Positions 29,701 through 39,952 of a stretch of 52,679 nucleotides of DNA are shown here, piece by piece. A program made the translations under genes and the position numbers. The stretch is taken from the NCBI GenBank assembly GCA_001771985.1, contig MERG01000418.1, positions 1-52,679 of the forward strand, in the 5' to 3' direction. Positions within the stretch are counted from its first letter, which is position 1; every line of letters begins with the position of its first letter. The notes below the pieces were generated by a model that was not told where the DNA came from, did no database searches, and saw nothing but the letters and a program-made list of their open reading frames with translations. This DNA comes from Betaproteobacteria bacterium RIFCSPLOWO2_12_FULL_62_13 (lineage in GTDB: Bacteria > Pseudomonadota > Gammaproteobacteria > Burkholderiales > SG8-41).

Positions 29701-30053
29701 TCCGCCATTTCGGAGGGCACGATCACGCCGCCGCCGCCGCCGAACACCTTGATGTGGGCGCCGCCGCGTTCGCGCAGCAGGTCGATCATGTATTTGAAAA
29801 ATTCGACATGGCCGCCCTGGTAGGAGGAAACCGCGATGCCCTGCACGTCCTCGTCGAGCGCGGCGGTGACGATCTCCTCGACCGAACGGTTGTGGCCGAG
29901 GTGAATGACCTCGGCGCCGCTTGCCTGCACGATGCGGCGCACAATGTTGATCGAGGCGTCGTGCCCGTCGAACAGGCTCGCCGCGGTAATGAAGCGGATC
30001 TTGTGCGTGGCCTGATCGGCCTTGCCTGCCGCCTGCACGCTCAAATCGGTCAC
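26724..30053 (-). CDS. icmF: Fused isobutyryl-CoA mutase IcmF (B12 domain + MeaB-like GTPase + mutase domain)
   Basis: B12 motif [17 protein letters not shown]-loop [17 protein letters not shown], and a long C-terminal methylmalonyl-CoA-mutase-like substrate domain. 1109 aa. Confidence 0.92.
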   Translation of the reverse strand: MTDLSVQAAGKADQATHKIRFITAASLFDGHDASINIVRRIVQASGAEVIHLGHNRSVEEIVTAALDEDVQGIAVSSYQGGHVEFFKYMIDLLRERGGAHIKVFGGGGGVIVPSEMAELHAYGIARLYSPEDGARMGLQGMIDDMLAVCDFDPARHVPVSLDGIASGERRQLAAFITTLENAQCEKGLRQELLARAARITNVPVLGITGTGGSGKSSLTDELVRRFRFDQHDSLRIALIAVDPSRRKSGGALLGDRIRMNAIASPSIYMRSLATRAGGGGMSPCLPEVIAACKIAGFDLVMIETPGIGQGDAAIMPLVDVALYVMTPEYGAASQLEKIDMLDFAQFVAINKFDRKGAQDALRDVRKQVQRNRKAFREPPEDMPVFGTIAARFNDDGVTALYQAIGVTLAARGLKLTPGALAPVAVRCSSATTQIVPPARTRYLAEIAETVRTYHAKAGHQARIARERQQLTAAKNMLLEAPSSPRRRGSGNAEDPLDSPIHGTDKIAAELDALIAARDAALDARSRKLLELWPRTRATYAGDEYVVKIRGREIRTRLGHATLSGTRIPKVALPRYEDEGEIVKWLLLENVPGSFPFTAGVFAFKRESEDPTRMFAGEGDPFRTNRRFKYLSRDSEAKRLSTAFDSVTLYGCDPDERPDIYGKIGNSGVSIATLEDMKALYEGFDLCHPMTSVSMTINGPAPTILAMFLNTAIDQQIDTFRRDNGREATEDEAQKIREWTLATVRGTVQADILKEDQGQNTCIFSTEFALKMMGDIQEFFVHNEVRNFYSASISGYHIAEAGANPISQLAFTLANGFTYVESYLARGMHIDDFAPNLSFFFSNGMDAEYSVLGRVARRIWAIAMRDYHGANERSQKLKYHTQTSGRSLHAQEMDFNDIRTTLQALTGAYDNCNSQHTNAYDEAITTPTEESVRRAMAIQLIINREWGLARNENPNQGSFIIEELTALVEEAVLKEFERIAERGGVLGAMETGYQRGRIQEESLYYETLKHDGRLPIVGVNTFLNPDPVAASDTIQLARSTEEEKQVQIRRLGEFQACHKQAAPAALQSLQQVALAGGNVFAELMNTVRVASLGQITQALFEVGGQYRRNM
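28541..28611. repeat. Two-hairpin REP-like element (copy 2) embedded in frame in icmF
   Basis: The reverse complement is GTCATCCCCGCGCAGGCGGGGATCC..TGGATTCCCCTATACACGGGACTGACA. It aligns end to end with 14901-14985 apart from a shorter spacer. It is translated as [23 protein letters not shown]. Confidence 0.7.
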
Positions 30054-30068
30054 GATTTGCCTCCGCCG

Positions 30069-31040
30069 TCACTCCATCTTGATTCCAGCCTCACGCGCGA
30101 GCCTGCCCTTCTTCACCACCTCGGCCTTGATATACGCTGTAAAGTCGTCCGGCGACGCGCTGGCGGTCAGTTCGACGCCCATGTCGAGAAAGCGGTTGCG
30201 CAGCTCCGCAATGCGGACGACTTTGGCGACTTCCGCGTACAACCGGGCAAGTATTTCACGCGGCGTTCCCGCGGGCGCCACCAGTCCGTTGAACGTGATG
30301 TCCTCAAAGCCCGGCACCCCCGCCTCGTCTATGGTCGGCAGATCAGGAAAGAGCGGGGACCGTTTGCGGCTGGTGACCGCAAGCCCTCTTAACTTGCCGG
30401 CCTTCACGTGAGGCGCCGAGGTGCTCACCTGGTCGAACATCATGGTGACCTGCCCGCTGATCACGTCCACGATTGCCTGGGCGTTGCCTTTGTAAGGCAC
30501 GTGGAGCATTTTCAAGCCCACATGACGGTTGAAAAGCTCGGCTGCCATGTGCCCGGTTCCGCCCGTGCCCGCCGAGGCGTAGGAGATTTCGCCCGGCCGC
30601 GTTTTGGCGAGCGCAATCAGCTCTTTCACCGAGCGCACCGGAAGCGCGGGATTCACGACGAGCACCTGCGGCACGAGGCAGGTGAGCGAGACGCCCGCAA
30701 AGTCTTTCAGCGGATCGTAGCCGGGGTTCGACACGAGCGAAGGCACAACGGCAAACGTGTTCGCCATTGCCAGCAGCGTGTAGCCGTCAGGTGCGGATTT
30801 TGCGACAATGTGGGTGCCTACCAGGCCGCTTGCTCCGGGACGGTTGTCGACGATGACCTGCTGCCCGAGGCTTTGGGTGAGCCGCTGCGCAACCGCGCGC
30901 GCGACGAGATCCACGTTTCCCCCCGGGGCGAAGGGCACAATGACCCGAACCGCACGCGTCGGATAACTTCCCTGGGCCTGCGCGCCGGCAGCGCAGATGG
31001 TCGTAAACGCAGCCGCAACAATCATGCTCGCCTGCTTCAT
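30069..31040 (-). CDS. Bug/TctC-family tripartite tricarboxylate transporter substrate-binding protein
   Basis: Signal peptide followed by YPTRAVRVIVPFAPGGNVD. 323 aa. No tctA or tctB is adjacent. Confidence 0.88.
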   Translation of the reverse strand: MKQASMIVAAAFTTICAAGAQAQGSYPTRAVRVIVPFAPGGNVDLVARAVAQRLTQSLGQQVIVDNRPGASGLVGTHIVAKSAPDGYTLLAMANTFAVVPSLVSNPGYDPLKDFAGVSLTCLVPQVLVVNPALPVRSVKELIALAKTRPGEISYASAGTGGTGHMAAELFNRHVGLKMLHVPYKGNAQAIVDVISGQVTMMFDQVSTSAPHVKAGKLRGLAVTSRKRSPLFPDLPTIDEAGVPGFEDITFNGLVAPAGTPREILARLYAEVAKVVRIAELRNRFLDMGVELTASASPDDFTAYIKAEVVKKGRLAREAGIKME

Positions 31041-31089
31041 GTTTCCCTCCTCTCCGAGGGGCGTGCGCGGGGAGGCGCCCGCCGCTCAG

Positions 31090-32895
31090 TCACTGGTTGT
31101 CGACACGCATTTTAACGTAGGAACCGGGGGCGTCCTCGAGCGCTTTCAACTTGCCTTTGCCCGGCTCGCGCGCGGGCACTTTTTCGCCGCTGCGCCTGGC
31201 GATCCATTTTCCCCAATCGGTCCACCACGAACCGGGGTGCCGGGTGGCGTGTTTGAGCCAGGCGTCGGGACCGTCAGACAGATCCTCATTCGTCCAGTAA
31301 CAGTACTTGTTGGCGGCGGGCGGGTTGATGATGCCGGCAATGTGTCCCGAGCCGCCGAGCACAAAACGCACCGGGCTCTTCAGAAGCTTCGCGCCGCGAT
31401 AAGTCGAGTTCCAGGGCGCGATGTGGTCCTCGATGGTCGAAATGAAGTACGCCGGGGCGCTTGCCCGCCCCACATCGATCGGCACGCCGGCGAGCGTGAT
31501 GCCGCCCGGTTTGCTAAGCAGGTTCTTCAGGTACATGTTGCGCAAATAGAAGCTGTGCATCGAAGCCGGCATGCGGGTCGAATCCGAGTTCCAATAGAGC
31601 AGGTCGAACGGGAAGGGGTCTTTCCCGAGCAGATAATTGCTGACGACAAACGACCAGATAAGGTCGTTCGCACGCAGCATGTTGAAGCTGGTGGCCATCT
31701 CGGAGCCTTCAAGATAGCCGCGCTTTTTCATGCGCTCTTCGAGCGCGGCGATCTGTTCTTCATCGATGAACACCTCGAGCTCGCCGGGTTCGGAGAAATC
31801 GATCATGGCAACGAAGAACGCCGCGCTGTGGATGCGCTTGTCCTTGTTCGCCGCAAGGTAGCCCAGCGCACACGCAAGCAGCGTGCCGCCGAGGCAGTAG
31901 CCGATCACGTTGGCGGTGGGCTCCCCGGTCGCCCGCTCCACGGCGTCGAGCGCGGCCAGCGCGCCCTCCGTGAGGTAATCGTCGAAGCCCTTGTGCGCGA
32001 GGCGCTCGTCGGGGTTGACCCAGGAAATCACGAATACGGTATGCCCCTGCTCCAAGGCCCACCTGATGAACGAGTTGTTCTCGCGCAGATCGAGAATATA
32101 GTACTTGTTGATCCATGGCGGAATGATCAGCAGCGGCCGCGCATACACCTGCTCGGTGAGCGGCTGGTACTGGATGAGCTGCAGCAACTCGTTCTGGAAC
32201 ACCACCTTGCCTCGGGTCACCGCGATGTTCCCGCCCAGGCGGAAGGCTTCGGTATCCGTCATTTTCACGCGCAGTTCGCCGCCATTGCCGCGCGTCAGAT
32301 CCTCCAGCAGGTTGTTGAGTCCCCGCACGAGGTTCTGTCCTCCGGAGGTCACGGTCTCGCGCAGCACCTCGGGATTGGTGAAGAGAAAATTGGACGGCGA
32401 CAGGGCGTCGATGTACTGCCGCGTGTAAAAGTCGACTTTCTTCGCGGTCTTGTCGTCGAGACCTTCGATGTTGCCCAGCGTCTGGTGCAGGTGCTTGGCG
32501 GCGACGAGGTAAGACTGCTTTATATAATCAAAGAGGAAGTTCTTTTCCCAATCCTCGTGCCGGAAGCGGCGATCGCCCTTGGGCAGCTCGACCACCGGCT
32601 TCACCTCCTGGCCCACGAGCTTGAGCATCGAGTTCTGCCACACCGCCATGTAGTCCTGCCAGAACTTCATCTGCGCCTCGGCGAGCCGGAATGGATCGGC
32701 GAGCATCCCGCTCCACGCCTCGAAAAACGCCCGCGCGATGCCGAGTTCGTCGTTGACAGTGAGCGGCGCGCCGTTGGCGCGGCGCTCCAGGAAGCGGGTA
32801 ATGAGCTGCCCGCTTTTCAGGGCGATATCGGCGTAGAGCTTCGCCAGCTCGGCGGGATCGGCCTGCGGCCGCTCGGTCTGCTGGGTCGCGGTCAT
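31090..32895 (-). CDS. phaC: Class I poly(R)-hydroxyalkanoate synthase
   Basis: Lipase-box GYCLGG with the catalytic Cys. 601 aa. WNSDSTRMP and GHIAGIINPP motifs. Confidence 0.9.
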   Translation of the reverse strand: MTATQQTERPQADPAELAKLYADIALKSGQLITRFLERRANGAPLTVNDELGIARAFFEAWSGMLADPFRLAEAQMKFWQDYMAVWQNSMLKLVGQEVKPVVELPKGDRRFRHEDWEKNFLFDYIKQSYLVAAKHLHQTLGNIEGLDDKTAKKVDFYTRQYIDALSPSNFLFTNPEVLRETVTSGGQNLVRGLNNLLEDLTRGNGGELRVKMTDTEAFRLGGNIAVTRGKVVFQNELLQLIQYQPLTEQVYARPLLIIPPWINKYYILDLRENNSFIRWALEQGHTVFVISWVNPDERLAHKGFDDYLTEGALAALDAVERATGEPTANVIGYCLGGTLLACALGYLAANKDKRIHSAAFFVAMIDFSEPGELEVFIDEEQIAALEERMKKRGYLEGSEMATSFNMLRANDLIWSFVVSNYLLGKDPFPFDLLYWNSDSTRMPASMHSFYLRNMYLKNLLSKPGGITLAGVPIDVGRASAPAYFISTIEDHIAPWNSTYRGAKLLKSPVRFVLGGSGHIAGIINPPAANKYCYWTNEDLSDGPDAWLKHATRHPGSWWTDWGKWIARRSGEKVPAREPGKGKLKALEDAPGSYVKMRVDNQ

Positions 32896-32913
32896 ACTGA
32901 CAATCCTTGCGTG

Positions 32914-33975
32914 TTACGGTGCCGCCCGGCGCACGAAGCGGTATACGCCGTTCGCATCGTCCACACGATCGAGCGTGCCGCAACGCATCAGATGGTTGAG
33001 ATGGGCGATCGCCTCGCCCATGGCAAACACCACGTGGTAGTCGTCGAGCTTGCGGTCGAACAGTTCGGGGAGCACTTCCGCCGCAGTCTGCGGGCGGCCA
33101 CAAACGGCTGTGAGCCGCTCCAGCCGCGAGCGGTGGTGGCAATCGAGTTCGGCGATGCGCGCTCTCATGCCTTGAAATGGCAGGCCGTGCGAAGGCAGCA
33201 CCAGCGTATCCGGCGGAAGCTCTTTGAACTGCTCCAGCGAATCGAGGAACTCCCCCACGGGATCGCCGTCCGGCTCCATGGGCCACACGCTGACGTTGGT
33301 GCTGATCCGCGGCAGCAGCATGTCCCCGGATATCAGCACGCCCAGCTTGTCGCAATAAAGCGCAGCGTGTTCCGGCGAATGGCCGTGACCGACGATGACG
33401 CGCCAGGTGTTCTGCCCGGCGATAAGGCGTTCGCCGTGCCTGATTCGGCGATAGGCCTCAGGCAAGGAAGGCACGCCGCGCCGGTAGTGGCCTTCATGCG
33501 AATTCAGTGCGCCAAGGCGCGCCGGGTCGAGCCCATGCCGTTGGTGCAGCGTATGCAGCGCAGCGTGGTTGGCGCCCGCGACGCGGTGGTAGACCGCGTG
33601 CGCGTGGGCGTATTCCGAGTATGTCATCCATGGGCTGAGCCCGAATTTCTCACAGAGCCACGCGGCGAGCCCGATGTGATCCGGGTGGCAGTGGGTAACG
33701 ATAAGCCTCTGTACTGGTCGCCGGTCGAGGCATCCCGCGAGAACTTGCTCCCATAACTCACGCGTGGTGGCCGTTCCCAAGCCGCAGTCGACAATGGTCC
33801 AGCCATCACCGTCGCCGAGCAGCCACAAATTGACGTGTTCCAGCGCGAAGGGCAGCGGCATCCGCACCCAGAATACGCCGGCAGCGACCTGCTTTGTAGC
33901 GCCAAGGGCAGGCGCGTCCCGAAAGGGGTAGCTGAGGGAGGGCGTCGCCCTCCAGGATTGGCGTGCCGCTTGCAT
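32914..33975 (-). CDS. MBL-fold metallo-hydrolase
   Basis: THCHPDHIG (HxHxDH) motif and a downstream GHSPEH. 353 aa. First gene of the minus-strand operon. Confidence 0.85.
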   Translation of the reverse strand: MQAARQSWRATPSLSYPFRDAPALGATKQVAAGVFWVRMPLPFALEHVNLWLLGDGDGWTIVDCGLGTATTRELWEQVLAGCLDRRPVQRLIVTHCHPDHIGLAAWLCEKFGLSPWMTYSEYAHAHAVYHRVAGANHAALHTLHQRHGLDPARLGALNSHEGHYRRGVPSLPEAYRRIRHGERLIAGQNTWRVIVGHGHSPEHAALYCDKLGVLISGDMLLPRISTNVSVWPMEPDGDPVGEFLDSLEQFKELPPDTLVLPSHGLPFQGMRARIAELDCHHRSRLERLTAVCGRPQTAAEVLPELFDRKLDDYHVVFAMGEAIAHLNHLMRCGTLDRVDDANGVYRFVRRAAP

Positions 33976-33981
33976 ATTTTT

Positions 33982-33999
33982 CTTGACGTTTACGTAAAT
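33982..33999. promoter_or_regulatory. Candidate LiuR operator, box 1 (CTTGACGTTTACGTAAAT)
   Basis: Imperfect palindrome TTGACGT-TT-ACGTAAA, 6 nt from the MBL start codon. It shares 14 contiguous nt with box 2. Confidence 0.55.
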
Positions 34000-34053
34000 G
34001 AAAGTATAAGCTCGCTAAGAATCGGATATTACACGCTTATATTGCGGAGCACA

Positions 34054-34455
34054 ATGGCTCAGACTTATTCGATAAGGGAACTCGCCAAGGAATTCGGAGT
34101 GACCACTCGCACCATCCGCCACTACGAGGAGCAGGGGCTGCTCAATCCAAAACGTGAAGGCATGAACCGGGTCTTCAGCAACCGCGATCGGGTCAGGCTC
34201 AAGCTCTCGCTGCGCGGGAAGCGGCTGGGATTCTCGCTCAACGAAATCCGGGAACTGTTCGAGCTCTATGATCTCTCCAAGGATGAAAAAAGACAACTTG
34301 AGGAATTCCTCGATAAACTCGAAAAGCGGCGCGTTATTCTGGAGCAGCAGCGCGAAGATGTCGAGATCATGCTGAATGAGATCAGTTTTTTCGCGAATCA
34401 ATGCCGCCGCCTGCTCGCCAACGGTGGCCGCGAAACGACGGAGAAAGCGGCATGA
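34054..34455 (+). CDS. liuR: MerR-family transcriptional regulator, LiuR-like
   Basis: YSIRELAKEFGVTTRTIRHYEEQGLL MerR HTH. It lies immediately upstream of ivd. 133 aa from ATG 34054. Confidence 0.85.
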   Translation: MAQTYSIRELAKEFGVTTRTIRHYEEQGLLNPKREGMNRVFSNRDRVRLKLSLRGKRLGFSLNEIRELFELYDLSKDEKRQLEEFLDKLEKRRVILEQQREDVEIMLNEISFFANQCRRLLANGGRETTEKAA

Positions 34456-34594
34456 TGAATTAAAGTAAGCGCACACTTATGGGTTGCCTTCACGTTGAGG
34501 TCATTTCTTGAACCCTCTGATTTGGGTGGCGTAGGTTACGACAAACTGTCAGAACCGGTCTTTTCAACATGTTACTGAAATCCGCTATTGGCAA

Positions 34595-34612
34595 GTTAAC
34601 GTAAACGTCAAG
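34595..34612. promoter_or_regulatory. Candidate LiuR operator, box 2 (reverse complement CTTGACGTTTACGTTAAC)
   Basis: Read on the + strand it is GTTAACGTAAACGTCAAG, 5 nt upstream of the ivd ATG. It has the same orientation and spacing relative to its gene as box 1 has to the MBL gene. Confidence 0.55.
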
Positions 34613-34617
34613 ACGAG

Positions 34618-35784
34618 ATGTTCCATTATCCTTCTCTCGACTTCTGCCTCGGCGAATCCGTGGATATTCTGCGCCAAACGGTGCAGACGTTCGCCGGACG
34701 CGTAATAGCCCCGCGCGCGGCCGAGATCGACCGCACCAACGATTTTCCGCGCGATCTGTGGCGCAAGCTCGGCGAACTGGGCCTGTTCGGCATTACGGTC
34801 GAGGAGGAGCTTGGCGGCACCAACATGGGATATCTCGCCCATATCATTGTGATGGAGGAAATCAGCCGCGGCTCCGCTTCGGTCGGGCTTTCCTACGGCG
34901 CGCACTCCAATCTGTGCGTGAACCAGATCCGCCGTAACGGCAGCGCGGAACAGAAGCGCCGCTATTTGCCCCGGCTCATCTCCGGCGAGCATGTGGGCGC
35001 ACTGGCGATGAGCGAGCCCGGCGCCGGTTCAGACGTCATCAGCATGCGGCTGCGGGCTGACAGGCACGGCGATCGCCACATCCTGAACGGGAGCAAGATG
35101 TGGATCACCAATGGTCCCGATGCCGACGTTCTCGTCGTTTACGCCAAGACGGATCCCGCTCGCGGCGCGCAAGGCATCAGCGCCTTTATCATCGAAAGTA
35201 CATTCAAAGGCTATTCCACGGCCCAAAAGCTCGACAAGCTCGGCATGCGCGGCTCCAACACCTGCGAACTTGTGTTTCAGGATTGCGAAGTGCCCGACGA
35301 GAACCTACTGGGCGCGGTTGGAAAGGGCGCCGAAGTGCTGATGAGCGGTCTCGACTACGAGAGAGCGGTGCTCGCCGGCGGGCCGCTCGGCATCATGCAG
35401 GCATGCATGGACACGGTGCTTCCCTACGTTCACGAACGCAGGCAGTTCGGGCAGGCGATCGGCGAATTCCAGTTGATGCAGGGCAAGCTCGCCGACATGT
35501 ATACCACCATGAGCGCCTGCCGCGCCTATGTTTACGCCGTGGGCCGCGCCTGCGATGCCGGCCGCGTGACCCGCAAGGACGCCGCCGGTGCCATACTCTA
35601 CGCAGCGGAAAAAGCGACTTGGATGGCCCTGGAAGCTATTCAGGCACTGGGCGGCATGGGCTATATCAGCGAATCGCCCACCGGCCGGCTGCTGCGCGAC
35701 GCGAAGCTTTATGAAATCGGGGCGGGCACTTCGGAGATCCGACGGTGGTTGATTGGAAGGGAACTCTACGAGCAAACGCGCTGA
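34618..35784 (+). CDS. ivd: Isovaleryl-CoA dehydrogenase
   Basis: Acyl-CoA dehydrogenase fold. [20 protein letters not shown]-terminus and [11 protein letters not shown] near the C-terminus, typical of IVD/LiuA. Confidence 0.92.
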   Translation: MFHYPSLDFCLGESVDILRQTVQTFAGRVIAPRAAEIDRTNDFPRDLWRKLGELGLFGITVEEELGGTNMGYLAHIIVMEEISRGSASVGLSYGAHSNLCVNQIRRNGSAEQKRRYLPRLISGEHVGALAMSEPGAGSDVISMRLRADRHGDRHILNGSKMWITNGPDADVLVVYAKTDPARGAQGISAFIIESTFKGYSTAQKLDKLGMRGSNTCELVFQDCEVPDENLLGAVGKGAEVLMSGLDYERAVLAGGPLGIMQACMDTVLPYVHERRQFGQAIGEFQLMQGKLADMYTTMSACRAYVYAVGRACDAGRVTRKDAAGAILYAAEKATWMALEAIQALGGMGYISESPTGRLLRDAKLYEIGAGTSEIRRWLIGRELYEQTR

Positions 35785-35905
35785 TGTCTCGCCGCCCCGA
35801 TTTCGTTACTGGCAACTCTAACTATGTTCATCGTTTATGCCGCTGACCGGCAGCGGAATCAGCAGCATGAGGTGACCACTAACTCACACGAGAAATCAAC
35901 GAGAC

Positions 35906-37093
35906 ATGACCAATGACCCGGTAGTCATCGTCAGTGCCGCACGCACGCCAATCGGCGGATTCATGGGGAATCTCAAGGCGCTCGCCGCACCCGAGCTCGG
36001 CGCGGTCGCGATCCGTGCCGCAGTCGATCGCGCGGGCGTTAGACCCGACGAAGTACAGGAAGTAATCATGGGCAACGTATTGCCCGCAGGCCAGGGCCAG
36101 GCGCCGGCGCGGCAGGCGGCGCTCGGCGCGGGGCTTCCGCCGGCGGTCGGCTGCATGACCATCAACAAGGTGTGCGGTTCCGGCATGAAGGCAGCGATGC
36201 TCGCGTACGATCTTATTACGCTCGGCACCAACGACATCATGACAGCGGGCGGCATGGAAAGCATGTCGAACGCGCCCTACCTTCTACCCAAGGCACGCGG
36301 CGGCTTGCGCCTCGGCCATGGCGAAGTCAAGGACCACATGTTCCTCGACGGACTGGAGGATGCCTACGACCGTGGCCGCCTCATGGGCATCTTCGCTGAA
36401 GATTGCGCCGCAAGATACCAGTTCTCGCGCGAAGCGCAGGACCGCTGTGCGATCACTTCCCTGACCCGCGCGCAGGCCGCAACCAGAAATGGCAGCTTTA
36501 CGGCGGAAATTGTTCCAGTGAAAATTACCGGGAGCAAGACCGAAACCACGGTGACGATCGACGAGCAACCGCTCAAGGCGAACCTCGACAAGATCCCGCG
36601 GCTCAAGCCTGTTTTCAGGAAAGACGGCACCGTGACGCCCGCCAACTCGAGTTCGATTTCCGACGGTGCAGCCGCCATGGTGCTGATGAAGCTGTCAGAG
36701 GCTGAGAAACGCGGCATCCGGCCGCTCGCGAAAGTCGTCGCCTGCGCCGCACATTCGCAGGAACCGCAGTGGTTCACGACCGCACCGGTCGGCGCAATCC
36801 GAAAACTCTTTGAAAAAACCGGCTGGGACGCGAAAACGACCGATCTCTTCGAGATCAACGAAGCATTCGCGGTGGTGGCGATGGCAGCGATGCAGGACCT
36901 CGAACTGCCGCAAGACAAGGTCAACGTCCACGGCGGTGCGTGCGCGCTGGGGCACCCGTTAGGCGCATCGGGGGCGCGCATCATGGTGACACTGCTTGCC
37001 GCCCTCGAAAAATACGGACTGAAGCGCGGCATCGCAAGCCTGTGCATCGGGGGCGGTGAAGCGACCGCGATCGCGCTCGAGCGGATGAGCTAG
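35906..37093 (+). CDS. Acetyl-CoA C-acetyltransferase (thiolase II)
   Basis: Active-site NKVCGSGMKA, then NVHGGACALGHPLGASG and CIGGGEATA. 395 aa. Confidence 0.92.
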   Translation: MTNDPVVIVSAARTPIGGFMGNLKALAAPELGAVAIRAAVDRAGVRPDEVQEVIMGNVLPAGQGQAPARQAALGAGLPPAVGCMTINKVCGSGMKAAMLAYDLITLGTNDIMTAGGMESMSNAPYLLPKARGGLRLGHGEVKDHMFLDGLEDAYDRGRLMGIFAEDCAARYQFSREAQDRCAITSLTRAQAATRNGSFTAEIVPVKITGSKTETTVTIDEQPLKANLDKIPRLKPVFRKDGTVTPANSSSISDGAAAMVLMKLSEAEKRGIRPLAKVVACAAHSQEPQWFTTAPVGAIRKLFEKTGWDAKTTDLFEINEAFAVVAMAAMQDLELPQDKVNVHGGACALGHPLGASGARIMVTLLAALEKYGLKRGIASLCIGGGEATAIALERMS

Positions 37094-37173
37094 TGATGGG
37101 TGATGGGTGATGGGTCATGAGTGATCAATGTTCTTACGCATTCCCCATTACTCATTGCCCATTACTCATTACC
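37093..37173. repeat. Heptad hairpin (GTGATGG x5, 15-nt loop, CCCATTA-type x4)
   Basis: The left arm is GTGATGG GTGATGG GTGATGG GTCATGA GTGATCA. The right arm is CCCCATT ACTCATT GCCCATT ACTCATT ACC. The array starts on the G of the thiolase TAG stop codon. Confidence 0.8.
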
Positions 37174-37213
37174 ACGCAATGATAAGCAGGAAACTGGTGC
37201 ACTGAGAGGCGGC

Positions 37214-37816
37214 ATGCCGAATCCAATCGACTTCTACTTCGATTTCTCTTCGCCCTACGGCTACTTCGCAAGCACCCGGATTGACGCCATCGCGGCAAAC
37301 CACGGGCGCGAGGTAGTCTGGCGCCCGATCCTGCTCGGTGCGATATTCAAGATCACCGGCCAGCAGCCGTTGCCGACAATTCCGCTGAAGGGCAGCTACG
37401 CGAAGCACGACCTCGCTCGCTCGGCGCGGATTTTCGGCGTGCCGTTCAAGATACCGTCAAAATTTCCGGTCGCGGGGCAGGCGCCGAGCCGCGCCTTCTA
37501 CTGGGTCGGCGACCGCGATCCGGCGCTCGCCAGGAAGCTCGCGCAGGCGCTTTATCGCGCCTATTTCGCGGAAGACCGCGATATTTCCAGCGCGGAGGTC
37601 ACCGCCAACGTCGCAGCCAAACTCGGGCTCAACCGCGACGAAGTAGTGCAGGCGTTGAACGAGCCTGCGGTCAAAGAACGCCTCAAGACCGAAGTCGACG
37701 CCGCGATCGAGCGCGGCGTTTTCGGCTCCCCATACATCATCATCGACGGCGAGCCGTTCTGGGGCTCCGATCGGCTCGACCAGGTGGAGAAGTGGCTTGC
37801 GACGGGGGGTTGGTGA
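37214..37816 (+). CDS. DsbA-like 2-hydroxychromene-2-carboxylate isomerase family protein
   Basis: [17 protein letters not shown]-terminal motif and C-terminal [27 protein letters not shown] ribosome-binding site before ATG 37214. Confidence 0.85.
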   Translation: MPNPIDFYFDFSSPYGYFASTRIDAIAANHGREVVWRPILLGAIFKITGQQPLPTIPLKGSYAKHDLARSARIFGVPFKIPSKFPVAGQAPSRAFYWVGDRDPALARKLAQALYRAYFAEDRDISSAEVTANVAAKLGLNRDEVVQALNEPAVKERLKTEVDAAIERGVFGSPYIIIDGEPFWGSDRLDQVEKWLATGGW

Positions 37817-37830
37817 GAGGAGGAATCGTC

Positions 37831-38346
37831 ATGCGCGACAGACTCGAAGCCATTCAAGCGAACATCGTGACGCTGAAGATCGACGCCATCGTCAATGCCG
37901 CGAATACGACGCTGCTGGGCGGCGGTGGCGTCGACGGCGCCATTCACCGCGCCGCCGGGCCGGAGCTCCTCGCCGAGTGCCGCGCGCTCGGCGGCTGCCC
38001 GACCGGTGAAGCCCGAATCACCAAAGGTTACAAACTGCCCGCGAAATACGTGATCCACACCGTAGGCCCGGTGTGGCGCGGCGGCCATCACCGCGAACCG
38101 GAACTGCTTGCCTCGTGCTACCGGACGAGCCTCACGCTCGCCGCGGGGCACGGCGTGAAGACCATCGCATTCCCGGCAATCAGCTGTGGTGCATACGGCT
38201 ATCCGCTTGAAGCTGCGGTGCAGGTCGCGGTGCGCGAGTGTGCAGGCTTTGCGGCTGCCAATCCCGTACCGGAGAAAATCACCTTTGCCTGCTTCGACCG
38301 CGCCATGTTCGATCTGTATCGCGCCGAGCTCGATCGGCTGTCATGA
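37831..38346 (+). CDS. Macro-domain protein (O-acetyl-ADP-ribose deacetylase, YmdB-like)
   Basis: [24 protein letters not shown] and [13 protein letters not shown] motifs. GAGAGGAGG ribosome-binding site. The stop codon overlaps the liuB ATG (ATGA). Confidence 0.88.
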   Translation: MRDRLEAIQANIVTLKIDAIVNAANTTLLGGGGVDGAIHRAAGPELLAECRALGGCPTGEARITKGYKLPAKYVIHTVGPVWRGGHHREPELLASCYRTSLTLAAGHGVKTIAFPAISCGAYGYPLEAAVQVAVRECAGFAAANPVPEKITFACFDRAMFDLYRAELDRLS

Positions 38347-39950
38347 CCGTCATCAAATCGAAGCTCAAGCCGCAGTCTGAGGAATTCAAAGTTGCGGCCC
38401 GCGCCATGCAGGCGCTGGTGGACGACCTCGACGCCAGGCTCGCCGCGGTGCGACAGGGTGGCGCAGCGCCAGCGCGCGCCAGACACCAGGCGCGCGGCAA
38501 GCTGCTTGCACGCGAGCGCATCGGCGCGCTGCTCGACCCAGGCGCGCCATTCCTGGAACTGTCCCCCCTTGCAGCCTGGGAAGTCTACGATGAAGTGGTG
38601 CCCGCAGCGGGCATCATCACCGGCGTGGGCCGGGTGAATGGCCGTGACTGCGTCGTGATAGCCAATGACGCGACGGTGAAAGGCGGCACGTACTATCCGC
38701 TCACGGTGAAGAAGCACCTGCGCGCGCAGCAAATCGCGCTCGAGAACCGGCTGCCCTGCATCTATCTTGTCGATTCCGGCGGCGCGCACCTGCCAAGCCA
38801 GGACGAGGTGTTTCCCGACCGCGATCACTTCGGGCGCATCTTCTACAATCAGGCCAACATGTCGGCGGCGGGCGTCGCACAAATCGCCGTGGTGATGGGT
38901 TCATGCACCGCGGGCGGAGCGTACGTGCCGGCGATGTCGGATGAGACCATCATCGTCAGGAACCAGGGCACGATCTTCCTCGCCGGTCCGCCGCTCGTGA
39001 AGGCCGCCACCGGAGAATCAGTGACGGCGGAAGAACTGGGGGGCGCCGACGTGCACACCCGCATATCGGGCGTCGCCGATCATCTCGCCGAGGATGACCG
39101 TCATGCGCTGGAACTGGCACGGCGGGCAGCCGGGAACCTCAACCGCGCAGATCGAGCCGGGCTTGATCTGCGCGAGCCGCGCGAACCGCTCTACGATCCC
39201 GCCGAGCTCTACGGCGCGATTCCGCAAAGCACGCGCACGCCTTTCGACGTGCGCGAGGTCATCGCTCGCATCGTCGATGCGAGCGAGTTTGACGAATTCA
39301 AGAGCCGCTACGGCGCGACCCTGGTGTGCGGCTTTGCCCGCATCGGGGGTTTTCCCGTCGGGATCATCGCCAACAACGGCATCCTGTTCTCGGAATCCGC
39401 ACTCAAGGGCACGCACTTCATCCAACTGTGCTGCCAGCGCGGCATCCCGCTCGCGTTCCTGCAGAACATCAGCGGGTTCATGGTCGGAAAGAAATATGAG
39501 GCCGCAGGCATCGCCAAGGACGGCGCCAAGATGGTGACCGCGGTCGCCTGCGCGAAAGTGCCCAAGTTCACCGTCATCATCGGCGGCAGCTTCGGCGCCG
39601 GCAACTACGGCATGTGCGGCCGCGCCTTTGGTCCGCGCTTTCTCTGGAGCTGGCCCAATGCGAGGATTTCGGTGATGGGCGGCGAACAGGCCGCCAACGT
39701 GCTGGCGCAGGTCAGGCGCGAGGCGCTCGAGAGCCAAGGAAAAAAATGGAGCGCCGAGCAGGAGGAAAAATTCAAGGCGCCGATCCTCGAGCAATATGCA
39801 CGGCAGTCCAGCGCCTGGTATGCCAGCGCGCGGCTGTGGGACGACGGTGTAATCGATCCCGGGGATACGCGCAAGGTGCTGGCGCTCGGCATTGCCGCAA
39901 GTCTCAACGCCCCGGTCGAAAAGACGAATTTCGGGGTGTTCAGAATGTAG
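38343..39950 (+). CDS. liuB: Methylcrotonoyl-CoA carboxylase, carboxyltransferase (beta) subunit
   Basis: 535 aa. [29 protein letters not shown] and [14 protein letters not shown] are typical of MccB/LiuB. Confidence 0.92.
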   Translation: MTVIKSKLKPQSEEFKVAARAMQALVDDLDARLAAVRQGGAAPARARHQARGKLLARERIGALLDPGAPFLELSPLAAWEVYDEVVPAAGIITGVGRVNGRDCVVIANDATVKGGTYYPLTVKKHLRAQQIALENRLPCIYLVDSGGAHLPSQDEVFPDRDHFGRIFYNQANMSAAGVAQIAVVMGSCTAGGAYVPAMSDETIIVRNQGTIFLAGPPLVKAATGESVTAEELGGADVHTRISGVADHLAEDDRHALELARRAAGNLNRADRAGLDLREPREPLYDPAELYGAIPQSTRTPFDVREVIARIVDASEFDEFKSRYGATLVCGFARIGGFPVGIIANNGILFSESALKGTHFIQLCCQRGIPLAFLQNISGFMVGKKYEAAGIAKDGAKMVTAVACAKVPKFTVIIGGSFGAGNYGMCGRAFGPRFLWSWPNARISVMGGEQAANVLAQVRREALESQGKKWSAEQEEKFKAPILEQYARQSSAWYASARLWDDGVIDPGDTRKVLALGIAASLNAPVEKTNFGVFRM

Positions 39951-39952
39951 CA

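Noticed and set aside
30997-33756. A 919-codon ORF on the + strand spanning the phaC and MBL regions
   Set aside because: It is antisense to two strongly recognisable proteins and crosses their intergenic gap. Its Arg/Gly/Ala/Pro/Val-rich composition is typical of stop-poor antisense frames in high-GC DNA. It contains no recognisable motif.
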